DNA of 64,000 nt, from positions 4,265-68,264 of the forward strand of contig JBLIMK010000007.1 of assembly GCA_047638715.1 (NCBI GenBank), in the 5' to 3' direction. The notes beneath the pieces are model-generated. The model was not told where the DNA came from, did not search any database, and saw only the letters and a program-made list of their open reading frames with translations. This DNA comes from Verrucomicrobiales bacterium. GTDB lineage: Bacteria; Actinomycetota; Acidimicrobiia; Acidimicrobiales; SHLQ01. Position numbers and translations under genes: made by a program. Positions 38,676 through 48,738 of this stretch are shown one piece after another; position 1 is the stretch's first letter, and each line of letters begins with the position of its first letter.

Positions 38676-39458
38676 GTGAACGACGAAAACAACATCAACC
38701 TCACCCTCGAAGTCTGGCGCCAAAACGGCCCGACCGAAAAGGGACGCTTCGAAACCTATGAGGCGAGGGACATCAGCGTTGATTCCAGCTTCCTCGAGAT
38801 GCTCGACGTGGTCAACGAACGGCTGATCCAGGACGACAAGATCCCAGTCACTTTCGAAAGTGATTGCCGAGAGGGCATTTGCGGCACCTGTTCGCTCATG
38901 ATCAACGGTCAGGCTCACGGCCCCAACAAGGGTCAGGCGACGTGTCAGCTGCACATGCGGACATTCTCGAACGGCGATCACATCACCATCGAACCGTTCC
39001 GCGCGACCAGCTTTCCGGTCATCAAGGACCTCGCAGTCAGCCGTGCCGCGATGGACAAGATCCAGCAATCGGGCGGCTATATCTCTGTCGCTACTGGTTC
39101 AGCACCCGACGCGAACCTCACACCGGTGCCTAAAGAAGCTGCCGACATGGCCTTCGACGCTGCCGCCTGCATTGGTTGTGGTGCGTGCGTGGCCGCATGT
39201 CCGAACTCCGCAGCGCAGCTGTTCACGTCGGCCAAGGTGCAGCATCTCAACCTGCTTCCACAGGGCCAGTCCGAGCGCTGGATGCGGGTCGAGAACATGG
39301 TCGACACAATGGAAGACTTCTTCGGCACCTGCACCAACCATGGCGAATGTCATGAGGCCTGCCCCAAAGACATCAGCCTCGATTTCATCGCGTTCATGAA
39401 CCGCGATTACATCAAGGCCAAGGTGAAGAACCGCAAGCTCGCCGGCCAAAAGAACTAG
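38676..39458 (+). CDS. sdhB: succinate dehydrogenase / fumarate reductase iron-sulfur subunit
   Basis: 260 aa. Cys clusters [28 protein letters not shown] and [13 protein letters not shown]. Confidence 0.9.
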   Translation: MNDENNINLTLEVWRQNGPTEKGRFETYEARDISVDSSFLEMLDVVNERLIQDDKIPVTFESDCREGICGTCSLMINGQAHGPNKGQATCQLHMRTFSNGDHITIEPFRATSFPVIKDLAVSRAAMDKIQQSGGYISVATGSAPDANLTPVPKEAADMAFDAAACIGCGACVAACPNSAAQLFTSAKVQHLNLLPQGQSERWMRVENMVDTMEDFFGTCTNHGECHEACPKDISLDFIAFMNRDYIKAKVKNRKLAGQKN

Positions 39459-39473
39459 GCGGAGAGCTCACCG

Positions 39474-41036
39474 TCATCGGGAGAGCCGAATAACGAAGGC
39501 ATCGTCAAGGTCTCGAACAAAGATCACATTGTCGCGGTTGTAGATGATCGATGGTTGCGACAGCTGCCGGCTCAGCGGATGTACAACCCACGCGGCTGCG
39601 CCGTTCTCCAAGCTCAGCAGCCTTCCTTCGCCGAGCAGCAGAGCGGGCCCATCTTCGGCCTCGAGGGAGAGGACCTGACCATCATCTGGGCGGCCCTCAA
39701 GATCGATGACCCGAGTCCAGGAGCCATTGGCCAGACTCACGTCCCATAACGAGCCGCCCAGGCTGAGGCGTAGTCCATCAGCATGGGAAACGCCTGCGAC
39801 CCGAGCGCTGAACAAGTCGTCCGCAGAAGCGGCATCGTCGGGGATCGCAAATCGAGCGGCCAACTCGCCATCGACCCAGTGTTCGATCGTTGGTTCGTTC
39901 CCTGGTCCGTCTACAAGGCCCTCACACCGGCTATCGATAGCGCCTCGCGGGAGCGGGGCTCTGAGCGCTGCGACCTCTCCATTGGGAAGGAGCACGGGCG
40001 GCCCTGCCGGGGTTCCGAGACGGCCAATTGCCACCGGCTCGGCGTCGCGTTCGACCAAGACAGACGCCTGTGGCGCACCTCGTAGCTCGATTAGCGCTGT
40101 CGCACAGGAGAAGATCGATTCGACACGTTCGGGTTGAACGAGGTTGGTCGCGTCGACGACGACCTCGTCACCCGTGGCGCACTGGTAGAGCCGTAGTGCG
40201 GGGGCAGAGCCCGATCGTGTTCGGGCGGCTGAGCAAAGGTCTTTGAGCGGCCCATCGTCGATCAGGCTCGTCTCCAGAAGTTCTATGAGTTCAACGTTTC
40301 GTCCTCGGTCGTAATCGATGTAGCCGAAGTGCTGCTCGTCGTGGCCAAAGATGGACGGAATTCCCTCGACCTCGATGACCGGGAACCTCGGATCGACCGA
40401 CCACAGTGCACCGCGCTCCGACGTCAGGCGAATGATACGCGTCGTCTCTTGCTGAGCCCCGCCCGCTTCGGCAAAGAGGTAGTTCGTCTCGAGCAACAGC
40501 ACGGCTAACCCTGCCTCTATACGAATGAGCTCGGAGAAGTTCCTGAAGCCATCGTGTCGAGGGACCTCGGTGACGCCCCGAACCAGCGCTTCGACTTCTT
40601 GCCATGTTCTCCCATCGACGGATCGCAGGATCACGGGCGAGCCGTCTCGGTCACCGAACCCGACGCCGAGGAAACCCAGACCGTCCGGCACCACTTCGGC
40701 GAGTCGAGACGCACCGGTCGTGTCGTCGACCTGAAGCACGATGTTGCTGGTGAAAAGATCGCCGGACCGAGCAATCGCGGTTGCGGTCACCGCGGGCGCG
40801 GTGTTCCCTACAGGCGTGGTTGTCGGCGGTATTCGGCGTGATCCGTCGGCCGTCGATGCGTCGTCGGGTCGAATGGCGACGAGCAACGCCAAGAGCGCGA
40901 ACGCCACTGCGGCGAATCCGAGAAATAGCCGCCGGTTCTTATCGCGCTGTCGGCGGATGGTTTTGGGGACGTCGAGCGCGCTCGGCGACGCTTCCTCGAT
41001 CTCGACGCGCACCACCTGGCGATCGCTGTCCACCAC
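39474..41036 (-). CDS. hypothetical membrane-anchored extracytoplasmic protein
   Basis: 520 aa. Charged N-terminus, a single TM LFLGFAAVAFALLALLVAI, then a large domain with no motif I recognise. Confidence 0.5.
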   Translation of the reverse strand: MVDSDRQVVRVEIEEASPSALDVPKTIRRQRDKNRRLFLGFAAVAFALLALLVAIRPDDASTADGSRRIPPTTTPVGNTAPAVTATAIARSGDLFTSNIVLQVDDTTGASRLAEVVPDGLGFLGVGFGDRDGSPVILRSVDGRTWQEVEALVRGVTEVPRHDGFRNFSELIRIEAGLAVLLLETNYLFAEAGGAQQETTRIIRLTSERGALWSVDPRFPVIEVEGIPSIFGHDEQHFGYIDYDRGRNVELIELLETSLIDDGPLKDLCSAARTRSGSAPALRLYQCATGDEVVVDATNLVQPERVESIFSCATALIELRGAPQASVLVERDAEPVAIGRLGTPAGPPVLLPNGEVAALRAPLPRGAIDSRCEGLVDGPGNEPTIEHWVDGELAARFAIPDDAASADDLFSARVAGVSHADGLRLSLGGSLWDVSLANGSWTRVIDLEGRPDDGQVLSLEAEDGPALLLGEGRLLSLENGAAAWVVHPLSRQLSQPSIIYNRDNVIFVRDLDDAFVIRLSR

Positions 41037-41142
41037 CTCATCATCGCGCCACGGCCGAGTGTTGGCACGTCCCCTGGCGCGTTTACCAGAGGACTGAGCG
41101 CAAGCGTTGGCCGCGCCCGCCGACGCACACTACGTTCGGGCG

Positions 41143-41619
41143 ATGCACATTCTCGAAAACGGCACGAAGCTCCCGCCGATCATGGGCGTGAACCACGAAG
41201 GCGAAGCGGGCGACATGGTCGCTTCCGTCGCCGGTTCGTGGGCCGCGGTCCTTCTCTATCGAGGCGACTGGTGACCATATTGCCGTCAACAGTTGGTTGA
41301 CTTCGCAACACACGGATTGCCACTCATGGAACTCGGCATCAAGGTAGCGGGCGGCTCGGTCGATTCGCTCGAGAAGGTGCAGACGCTCCGATCCGGACTC
41401 TATGTCGGCTTCCCGATGTGGGCTGAGCTTGACGCTCCAACGGTCTCTGCCGATACGGGAGCGGCATATCAGGAGGGCGACAAGGTCTTCTTGCACGGAA
41501 CCGCATTTCTGCTAAACCCCGACGGGGAGATCGCACAGTCGCTCTACTCGACCGGGCCGATCGGACGTTTCACCGCGAGCGACATCATTCGCAAGGTTTT
41601 GTTCGAGCGGAGAAAATAG
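41143..41619 (+). CDS. peroxiredoxin-like (AhpC/TSA, PRX_like2-type) thiol oxidoreductase with in-frame TGA at 41272..41274: candidate selenoprotein (or nonsense pseudogene)
   Basis: Own translation: MHILENGTKLPPIMGVNHEGEAGDMVASVAGSWAAVLLYRGDW-[TGA]-PYCRQQLVDFATHGLPLMELGIKVAGGSVD...FLLNPDGEIAQSLYS..., 158 codons. The TGA replaces the first Cys of the family's WCPYC motif. Codon position 3 is G/C-rich on both sides in the same frame. The ORF track shows only the 3' part (41293..41619) from an internal TTG. Confidence 0.6.
41281..41307 (+). other. bacterial SECIS-like stem-loop immediately downstream of the in-frame TGA
   Basis: UGC-C-GUCAAC-[AGUUG]-GUUGAC-UUC-GCA: a 6-bp perfect upper stem, a 3-bp lower stem, and a 5-nt apical loop containing GU. 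The loop lies 17-21 nt after the UGA, within the spacing I recall for bacterial SECIS elements. Confidence 0.5.
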
Positions 41620-41701
41620 ATCGCTCTAGTCGACCAACGACAGCGTCTACGATCACTGGTGCCGAGCGATGGTTCGTTTAGCGCGCCGCTGAGGAGTAAA
41701 C

Positions 41702-42238
41702 ATGAGCGACATCACCGAGACCCAGAGCAATTGGCTCTCCGACGACGACATTGCCACGATGCGCGGCAAGATGCCCGTGATCTACATCAATGCGATCCCG
41801 GTGATCTGCGACGATCTCGGGATCGTCACCCACATTGGGTTACTGCTGCGTCTCGGCGCTGATGGCGATGTGAATCGCGAGATCGTCTCTGGCCGAATCT
41901 TGTATGGAGAGCGCGTACGCGATGCCCTTCTTCGACATCTTGAAAAGGACCTGGGGCCCCTCGCACTGCCCCAGATCCCCGCGTCTCCACAACCGTTCAC
42001 GGTCGTGGAGTACTTCCCGAACCCCGACATCACCGGCTTCCATGATCCGCGCCAGCACGCGGTCAGCTTGGCCTACATCGTTCCGGTCCGCGGTGATTGC
42101 GAACCTTCCCAGGACGCGCTCGACCTCGTGTGGCTACGACCCGATGAGGTCACGAGCCCCACCGTGGCAGCCGAGCTCAGCCCAGGCCATGAAAAGCTCG
42201 TCCGTCGAGCACTAGCGCACGTAGGACGCCTGCCGTAA
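41702..42238 (+). CDS. NUDIX-fold-like protein (DUF4916-like)
   Basis: 178 aa. General NUDIX-like layout (GRILYGERVRDALLRHLEKDLG in the Nudix-box position), but the canonical GX5EX7REUXEEXGU box is degenerate. Confidence 0.45.
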   Translation: MSDITETQSNWLSDDDIATMRGKMPVIYINAIPVICDDLGIVTHIGLLLRLGADGDVNREIVSGRILYGERVRDALLRHLEKDLGPLALPQIPASPQPFTVVEYFPNPDITGFHDPRQHAVSLAYIVPVRGDCEPSQDALDLVWLRPDEVTSPTVAAELSPGHEKLVRRALAHVGRLP

Positions 42239-42286
42239 CTCCCGGGCGTCGGGAAGAGAGCGAGGCGCTAGCCGAGCGAAGAACGG

Positions 42287-43510
42287 TTACCAGTCGAGAC
42301 GTTCTGCTCGAAGGCCATTGTCCAGCAATCGTTGTAACACCCGATCGGCGTGGTCTTCGTCGAGGGTGTCGATACGTAGCTCGAGGACCGTGCTGCGAGC
42401 GCCCGTCGAGCCGAGTCCGTCGTGGTCGACCTGCACGACGTTCGCTGCGCTGTCGGCTATCAGCTTCGATACGAGTGAGAGCCGACCGGGTGTGTCATCG
42501 AGCTCGACGCGTATCCGGTTGAGTCGGCCCTGGTTCGCCAAGCCTCGCAGCGTCACGACAGCCAACGTTCGTGGGTCGATGTTGCCCCCGGAGAGGACGA
42601 CACCCACCTTCTTTCCTGCAAACACGTCGGGGTATTCCATCAACGCCGCCAACCCAGCTGCACCAGCACCCTCGACGACCGTCTTCTCGATCTCGAGCAA
42701 CATTGCGATGCCTTGCTCGATGGCTGCCTCGCTGACGACCAGAACCTCGACGGCGCATTTTGCCAAGATCGCCGAGGTCAATTCGCCCGGCTCGGAAACC
42801 GCTATGCCGTCGGCGATCGTCGATCCTCCGAGGGCCGTCGACAACCTCGACTCCAATCGGTCCGCCATCGATGGATAACGTTCTGTTTGCACTCCGATCA
42901 CCTGAACTGGTGAGGCGTGTGCCGCTGCAGCGACGGCGATCCCCGACGCCAAGCCTCCCCCACCAACAGGGACAAGAATAATGTCGAGGTCCGGAACGTC
43001 ATCGAGCATCTCGACGCCCACCGTTCCCTGGCCAGCGATCACAACAGCGTCGTCGAACGGGTGGATGAATTCGAGGTCACGTTCGACAGCGAGCTCACGG
43101 GCGCGAGTCCCAGAGTCCATGACGTCCGTTCCGACCAGTTCCACTGTCGCACCAAGATCCCGTGTTCGGGCAACCTTCACGAACGGCGTGTTCTCGGGCA
43201 TCACAATTGTCGTCTCGAGACCGAGCAACGCCCCATGATGGGCTACGCCCTGAGCATGATTGCCCGCCGACATGGCGATGACGCCACGACCGGGTTCCAC
43301 GTCGAGAAGGCGATTGCGTGCACCTCGGCCCTTGAACGAGCCCGTGTACTGCAGGTTCTCGAACTTCAATAGAACTTCGGCCCCGACGATTCCAGAGAGT
43401 GTTCGAGAGTGTGTGAACGGCGTGCGCTCGATCGTGTCGGCTATTCGATCCTGAGCGGCTCGGATGTGGTCGACCGTGACCGTTTGTGGATCAGCGTCCT
43501 GCGGAGACAT
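42287..43510 (-). CDS. ilvA: threonine ammonia-lyase (threonine dehydratase), short form with one regulatory domain
   Basis: 407 aa. PLP-lysine region LKFENLQYTGSFKGRGARN, the glycine loop PVGGGGLASG, and a C-terminal ACT-like domain. Confidence 0.88.
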   Translation of the reverse strand: MSPQDADPQTVTVDHIRAAQDRIADTIERTPFTHSRTLSGIVGAEVLLKFENLQYTGSFKGRGARNRLLDVEPGRGVIAMSAGNHAQGVAHHGALLGLETTIVMPENTPFVKVARTRDLGATVELVGTDVMDSGTRARELAVERDLEFIHPFDDAVVIAGQGTVGVEMLDDVPDLDIILVPVGGGGLASGIAVAAAAHASPVQVIGVQTERYPSMADRLESRLSTALGGSTIADGIAVSEPGELTSAILAKCAVEVLVVSEAAIEQGIAMLLEIEKTVVEGAGAAGLAALMEYPDVFAGKKVGVVLSGGNIDPRTLAVVTLRGLANQGRLNRIRVELDDTPGRLSLVSKLIADSAANVVQVDHDGLGSTGARSTVLELRIDTLDEDHADRVLQRLLDNGLRAERLDW

Positions 43511-44288
43511 GTTCGGAGGCTATCTTCAGCACTGAGCTGCTTTGCTCAGGTGCAGCCTCGCGAACCTGGCGGTCAACCCGGACCTTGATCCGAACCACAT
43601 CGAGCAGAGCAGCGAAGTACGCGCCAGGGCGAACGCGGCTGTCCTCGCGATGTTCCCAGGTGATCGGAACCTCGAGCACGTGGTGACCCAACCCCCGCGC
43701 GAGCGCGAGCGCCTCGACATCAAACGCCCAACCGTTGCTCGTGCACCGTCGGAAAACCGCATCGCTCGCCTCGCCGGTGAAAACCTTGAAGCCACGTTGG
43801 GTGTCTTCGATACCGGGCAGAACCAAACGTTGAATGATCTGATTGCCGACGCGGCCCAACGTCGACCGAAGACCTGGCTGACGAATAGCCACGTTGGAAC
43901 CATCGAGAGCGACAGAGCCGATGACCACCGCGGGTTCGATCGGCTCTTCTGCTGCCGCTGCCATCAGTCGGTCGAACTCTCGAACGTTGGTCGAGTTGTC
44001 GGCGTCAAGAAACAGTCGCAGCCTCCCGGTGCCGGTCAGCATCCCCTTGCGGACGGCGTGTCCTTTGCCGACGTTCCGCTCGGAGCGAAGAACGACGAGG
44101 CGTCGGAACAGTGGTGCATACCCCTCGCACACCTCGATCGTCCGATCGGTTGAGCCATCATCCACGACGATGACTTCGTCGTTCAAGTCGCGTTCCTTCA
44201 GGTATGTGGCAATCGACTCGAGCGTCTCCCCAATTCGCTCTGCCTCGTTGTACGCCGGGATGATGATCGAGAGGTCACGCATCAGCAA
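43491..44288 (-). CDS. family 2 glycosyltransferase (polyprenyl-phosphate sugar synthase-like)
   Basis: 265 aa. LSIIIPAYNEAERIGETL, VIVVDDGSTDRT and LFLDADNS. Confidence 0.85.
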   Translation of the reverse strand: MLMRDLSIIIPAYNEAERIGETLESIATYLKERDLNDEVIVVDDGSTDRTIEVCEGYAPLFRRLVVLRSERNVGKGHAVRKGMLTGTGRLRLFLDADNSTNVREFDRLMAAAAEEPIEPAVVIGSVALDGSNVAIRQPGLRSTLGRVGNQIIQRLVLPGIEDTQRGFKVFTGEASDAVFRRCTSNGWAFDVEALALARGLGHHVLEVPITWEHREDSRVRPGAYFAALLDVVRIKVRVDRQVREAAPEQSSSVLKIASEHVSAGR

Positions 44289-45613
44289 AATCCTTCAACA
44301 GCTAGGTCGATTTTCCCCGGCGAAACCCGCAACGTGTGCCAGACCATGGCACCGAACAGGAGCAATATGACGGGAGCGAGTGGTGTGGCACCGAGGCCAC
44401 CTGAAGCGAGGTGCACGAGGCTGGCCGCCCAGATGAGGCCAAAGAGCGCTATCGGTGGCTGATCAATCGTGCGTGAGGCCAGTACAGCTGCACCCGCGAT
44501 CAGGATCAGGCTTGCGTCGTAGAACATGGTGTGGGGGCTCACGAGTGTCATCCCGATGGCGACGGCGCCCATTCGGTTCGCGAGCGAGAATCGGTCCGGA
44601 TTACTCCACAAGAACACCAGCACGAGCACGACGACCGCGGCACCCGCGGCTCCGGCGATCACCACGGGTCGACCACCGGTCGACGACGCTGCTTGCAAGA
44701 AGCCCAGGATCGATATCGAATTCGCGGCGTTTACTTCGGCGTCCTGTTCAACGAATGGAACCACCTCGGCCCACCACGTCGAGAGCCAGTTCACACCGAG
44801 CACCAGGGCAGTACCAGCCCAGGTCACGGTCGCCGTCGCGAACGCCCAAATCACTGCGCCACCGTGGCGAGACAAGAGCATGAGACCAATGATCGGAAGG
44901 GCATATTGGGGTCGGAAGAGCAGGAGCCCGGCTGCGATTCCAGCGTGGTCCTCTCGCCCATCGTGGAGTCCGCGCCAGATCGCTGCAACACACAACACGC
45001 TGAGCGCCGCATTCTGACCACCGCCGATTGCGGTGGCCAGGGGATAGAACGTGAGGCTCGCGGCGAGCAACGGCCAGCGCCATTTATGCAGTAGCGGGAC
45101 GACGTCGGACAACATCACCATCGCGATCACAAATGCTGCGATCATCAACAACGTGTGCACGAGATAGGCGGTTTGGAATCCAAGTGCGCCGAGCGGGGCG
45201 TAGGCAGCAGCGACGTGCGGCGGGTACGCGAACCCAAGATACCCGTCGATTCCGAGCTCGGATTGAGCTTGTTCTTGTCGAACGGGGTCGTAGAGCGAGT
45301 CGATATCGCCTTCCCAGACAATCGAACCCGCTGCGTAAAAGGCTGCGAAGTCACCGCCGAGCCGTGCCGAGCTCTCGGCATCAGGTCCTGCCGTACCACC
45401 GTCCGCTAGGCCATCGAGTCCGGCCCCGGCAAAGGCAGCAAGGACGATTGCGACGATCACGGCGAGCAGGACGGCCCGCGAGATTCGATTGACTCGCGCC
45501 TCGCCCGAGGTGACCTCGGAATCGTCCGCGAGGATGTCAGCGATCGACAGTTCATCGATCATGTCGGTCTTCAGCGAGCTCTCCATCAAGAACAAGATCG
45601 GCATTTCTGCCAT
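44282..45613 (-). CDS. GT-C fold membrane glycosyltransferase, GT87/DUF2029-like
   Basis: 443 aa, many TM helices. The extracytoplasmic loop GGDFAAFYAAGSIVWEGDIDSLYD...FAYPPHVA is typical of DUF2029 mannosyltransferase-like proteins. It overlaps the GT2 gene start by 7 nt. Confidence 0.65.
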   Translation of the reverse strand: MAEMPILFLMESSLKTDMIDELSIADILADDSEVTSGEARVNRISRAVLLAVIVAIVLAAFAGAGLDGLADGGTAGPDAESSARLGGDFAAFYAAGSIVWEGDIDSLYDPVRQEQAQSELGIDGYLGFAYPPHVAAAYAPLGALGFQTAYLVHTLLMIAAFVIAMVMLSDVVPLLHKWRWPLLAASLTFYPLATAIGGGQNAALSVLCVAAIWRGLHDGREDHAGIAAGLLLFRPQYALPIIGLMLLSRHGGAVIWAFATATVTWAGTALVLGVNWLSTWWAEVVPFVEQDAEVNAANSISILGFLQAASSTGGRPVVIAGAAGAAVVVLVLVFLWSNPDRFSLANRMGAVAIGMTLVSPHTMFYDASLILIAGAAVLASRTIDQPPIALFGLIWAASLVHLASGGLGATPLAPVILLLFGAMVWHTLRVSPGKIDLAVEGFC

Positions 45614-45653
45614 TCTTCCCCCGGGTCACTCGACCTATTTCAGCAACGAAACT

Positions 45654-46496
45654 CTACAAATCAACAGAGAATTGTCGCAAGAGATTTCGAGCCCGGAGGA
45701 CGATCGGCGCATCGACCATCGTGCCCTCGTAAGAGACGACACCGTTACCTAGCGACTCGGCGACCTCGGCCGCAGCAACAATTCCGGCCGCCCATGCCAT
45801 TTCCTCATCGCTCGGTGTGAAGGCCGACACGGCCAATCCGACCTGCGAAGGGTGAATGCACAGCTTCCCCGAAAACCCGAGCGTTCGCGCTTCGATTGCT
45901 TCGCGCGTGAACCGCGCATCGTCGCCGTAGTCGACCACAACCTGGTCGAGCGCTGGAATGCCAGCGAGCCGCGCCGCGATGGCTACCCGGGAGCGCGCAT
46001 AAAGAACTTCGGTGTTCGATTCGGTCCGCACGCCACCCAGGTCGGTTATGAAGTCTTCGGCCCCGAAGTACACGAGGTCGCATCCGGCACCAGCGACCTC
46101 GACGGCTTGATACACGCCGGCAACCGACTCGATACCGGCGCACAACATAGCTTTGCTGAGTCCAGACGATGCCATCTCTCGACGCACATCACCGACCTCT
46201 CGATTCGTCTCGAGCTTGGGCACGACCAGGCCGTGCGCTCCGGCGGCGGCGGCGGCCAAGACGTCTTCGGCGAAGTGATGGCTGCCAAGAGAATTTGTGC
46301 GCACGAAGAGCAGCATCTCGCCGAGTTCGATGTCGCCTGGCCTCGCCTCAACAATGGCCTCTCGGGCTGCGCCCTTGGCGGCCTCTGGCGTTGCATCCTC
46401 GAGATCGAGGACGCCAATATCCGCGCCGCTGGCAGCGAACTTGGTGACGAAATCGGTGCGTTGCGCTGGACCGAACAGCATGCTTCGTGACCGCAT
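45654..46496 (-). CDS. HpcH/HpaI aldolase - citrate lyase beta subunit-like (CitE-family) CoA-ester lyase
   Basis: 280 aa. SMLFGPAQ, IGVLDLEDA, FGAEDF and KLCIHPSQV. Confidence 0.85.
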   Translation of the reverse strand: MRSRSMLFGPAQRTDFVTKFAASGADIGVLDLEDATPEAAKGAAREAIVEARPGDIELGEMLLFVRTNSLGSHHFAEDVLAAAAAGAHGLVVPKLETNREVGDVRREMASSGLSKAMLCAGIESVAGVYQAVEVAGAGCDLVYFGAEDFITDLGGVRTESNTEVLYARSRVAIAARLAGIPALDQVVVDYGDDARFTREAIEARTLGFSGKLCIHPSQVGLAVSAFTPSDEEMAWAAGIVAAAEVAESLGNGVVSYEGTMVDAPIVLRARNLLRQFSVDL

Positions 46497-46534
46497 AAAG
46501 CAACGGTAGTACGTGATGTTGGATCGCTGGACGA

Positions 46535-47035
46535 ATGGCGGAACACTTCCATGATGGATTTTCTCCTATGCCGCGCCGCAAGACAGACGCCATCAGTGCG
46601 ACCATGTCGAAGGTGTCATCCGCTGTGCGACAAATCGAGGCTCAGCGCGAGCCTCATGCCGAGTTATGGGATGACTGGAATCAGGCCGCTGTCGTCGAGG
46701 ATGGACCCCTGTGGGTCGCCCTCGGAGATTCGACCTCACAGGGCATCGGTCCCGTCGATCCGCTAGACGGGTGGATATCCCAAGTACTCGATCGGCTTCG
46801 TTCTTCAACAAGCGGTGTCTCGTCGCCCTTCAACTCGCTGCTGGCACGTCGCTTCACCCGAGCGATCGAACGAGCGGGCGAGGAGAAATCGTTTCAGCTT
46901 TTATGGCCATGGGATTGGCCGTCTAGGGACGGAATGGGCGAATACAAGTGGCATCCCGGGCCAAAGGATACGGCTATATGGCGGGCGCTATCTTCGACAA
47001 AATTACCGCCTCGCTCGTGGCCCGATAACCCCTAG
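46535..47035 (+). CDS. hypothetical protein with SGNH/GDSL block-I-like motif (possibly a degraded hydrolase)
   Basis: 166 aa. PLWVALGDSTSQGIG resembles SGNH block I, but blocks III and V are not recognisable and the protein is about 90 aa shorter than typical members. Confidence 0.3.
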   Translation: MAEHFHDGFSPMPRRKTDAISATMSKVSSAVRQIEAQREPHAELWDDWNQAAVVEDGPLWVALGDSTSQGIGPVDPLDGWISQVLDRLRSSTSGVSSPFNSLLARRFTRAIERAGEEKSFQLLWPWDWPSRDGMGEYKWHPGPKDTAIWRALSSTKLPPRSWPDNP

Positions 47036-47046
47036 ATCTGGCGAAG

Positions 47047-48594
47047 TCAGCGGTCGCGGAGTTCGCGGCGCAAGATCTTGCCGGACGCGGATTTGGGGAT
47101 CACTGGGATGAACTCGACCAAACGGATCTTCTTGTAGCTAGCGACCTGGCCAGCAACGAAGTCCTGGATTTCCTCGGCGGTCGCTTCTGCGCCCGGCTTC
47201 AGCGTGATGAACGCCTTTGGAATTTCGCCCGCCTCATCATCGGGGATACCGATCACCGCGGAGTCCGCGACCGCTGGGTGCGTGAGGAGGAGGCCCTCCA
47301 GTTCCGCTGGCGGCACCTGGAAGCCTTTGTACTTGATGAGTTCTTTGATGCGATCGACGATGAAGATGAAGCCATCTTCATCGATATGGGCGACGTCTCC
47401 TGTGTGCAGCCATCCGTCTTGGTCGATCGTCTCTTTCGTAGCCTCCTCGTTGTTGAGGTAGCCCTTCATGACCTGTGGCCCGCGAATCCAGAGTTCGCCA
47501 TCTTCGTTCACGCCGAGGTCGTTGCCTTCCAGGTCGACGATGCGGCATTCCGTGTTCGAGATGGTCACGCCCGACGACCCTGGCTTTCCTTGACCCGGAA
47601 TTGTCGCGTGCGATACCGGCGAGAGCTCGGTCATGCCGTAACCCTGGATGACCGCGCAGCCCAGGCGTTCTGCGGCCTCCTCGCCCAACTCGGCCGAAAG
47701 CGGAGCCGCACCCGAAAAGACCACCTTGATCGAGCTCGTGTCGTACTGATCGATGAGCGGATGTTTTGCGAGCGCAAGGACGATCGGCGGAACGGCAAAG
47801 AACCAGCTGACCTTGTGATCTTGCACGATCGTGAGCGCCTGTTCAAGATCGAATCGAGGCATCGTCACGATGGTGACGCCGTTGGCGAGCAAGCCGTTCA
47901 TCAACACTTGCATGCCGTAGATGTGGAAGAACGGGAGAATCGCCAAAGCGACGTCGCCGCTGGTGTACGTGAGCATGTGCTTGCACTGCTCGATGTTGGC
48001 GGTGAGGTTGTCGTGGGAGAGGACCACTCCCTTGCTCTTTCCCGTCGTTCCCGATGAATAGGGCAACACGACCGGCGTCGACGCGGTATCGACCGGGACC
48101 TGCTCGGTGAGGGGAGGGCTCGACAGGAAATCGAAGATAGAGGGCACGCCCTCGACCGGATCGATCGTGGCGAGCTCGGTAACGTTCGTGCCGATCATCG
48201 CTTCGCGGGCAACATCGAGGAACATCGAAATGGTCACGAGAATCGACGCATCCGAGTCCATGAGCTGGTGATGGACTTCGCCTGCGGTGTAGGTGGGGTT
48301 GATCGTGGTGACCGTTCCGCCGGCGAACGCAGCCCCGTGAAAGAACGACGCGTACTCGGGAATGTTCGGCGCCATCAATCCAAGTGTGTGTCCGGGACCA
48401 AACCCTCGGGCTGCGAGGCTGCCAGCCACGAGCTCAATTCCCTGCTTCAGTTCAGCAAAGGTCTGCGTTCGACCGCTCGGTCCGTCGATGATGGCCGGGG
48501 CGTCGGCCAGTTCATCGGCCATGCGCAACGTGTATTCGGTGATTGAGATACCCGATGGGATTTCGACATCGGGGAGCGGTGAAGTAAAGATCAT
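47047..48594 (-). CDS. AMP-dependent acyl-CoA synthetase/ligase (4-coumarate-CoA-ligase-like)
   Basis: 515 aa. AMP-binding signature LPYSSGTTGKSKGVVLSH, then GYGMTE, WLHTGDV and PKSASGKILRRELR. Confidence 0.9.
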   Translation of the reverse strand: MIFTSPLPDVEIPSGISITEYTLRMADELADAPAIIDGPSGRTQTFAELKQGIELVAGSLAARGFGPGHTLGLMAPNIPEYASFFHGAAFAGGTVTTINPTYTAGEVHHQLMDSDASILVTISMFLDVAREAMIGTNVTELATIDPVEGVPSIFDFLSSPPLTEQVPVDTASTPVVLPYSSGTTGKSKGVVLSHDNLTANIEQCKHMLTYTSGDVALAILPFFHIYGMQVLMNGLLANGVTIVTMPRFDLEQALTIVQDHKVSWFFAVPPIVLALAKHPLIDQYDTSSIKVVFSGAAPLSAELGEEAAERLGCAVIQGYGMTELSPVSHATIPGQGKPGSSGVTISNTECRIVDLEGNDLGVNEDGELWIRGPQVMKGYLNNEEATKETIDQDGWLHTGDVAHIDEDGFIFIVDRIKELIKYKGFQVPPAELEGLLLTHPAVADSAVIGIPDDEAGEIPKAFITLKPGAEATAEEIQDFVAGQVASYKKIRLVEFIPVIPKSASGKILRRELRDR

Positions 48595-48738
48595 GCTGAG
48601 CTCGCTTTTCGTTGATTGTGGTTCGCTGCCGCCGACTGGCGTTGGCCGAGTCTAGACGGCCCTCATCAGTTCGGCCTGGAGCGGGGAATCGACCCAAACT
48701 GACACTCGCGCTTGACGCGCGCCGCGATTTGTTGCACA

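Noticed and set aside
41083-41496. 137-aa minus-strand ORF across the peroxiredoxin-like locus.
   Set aside because: It has no recognisable motifs, and the opposite strand carries a family-typical thioredoxin-fold sequence in one frame on both sides of the TGA.
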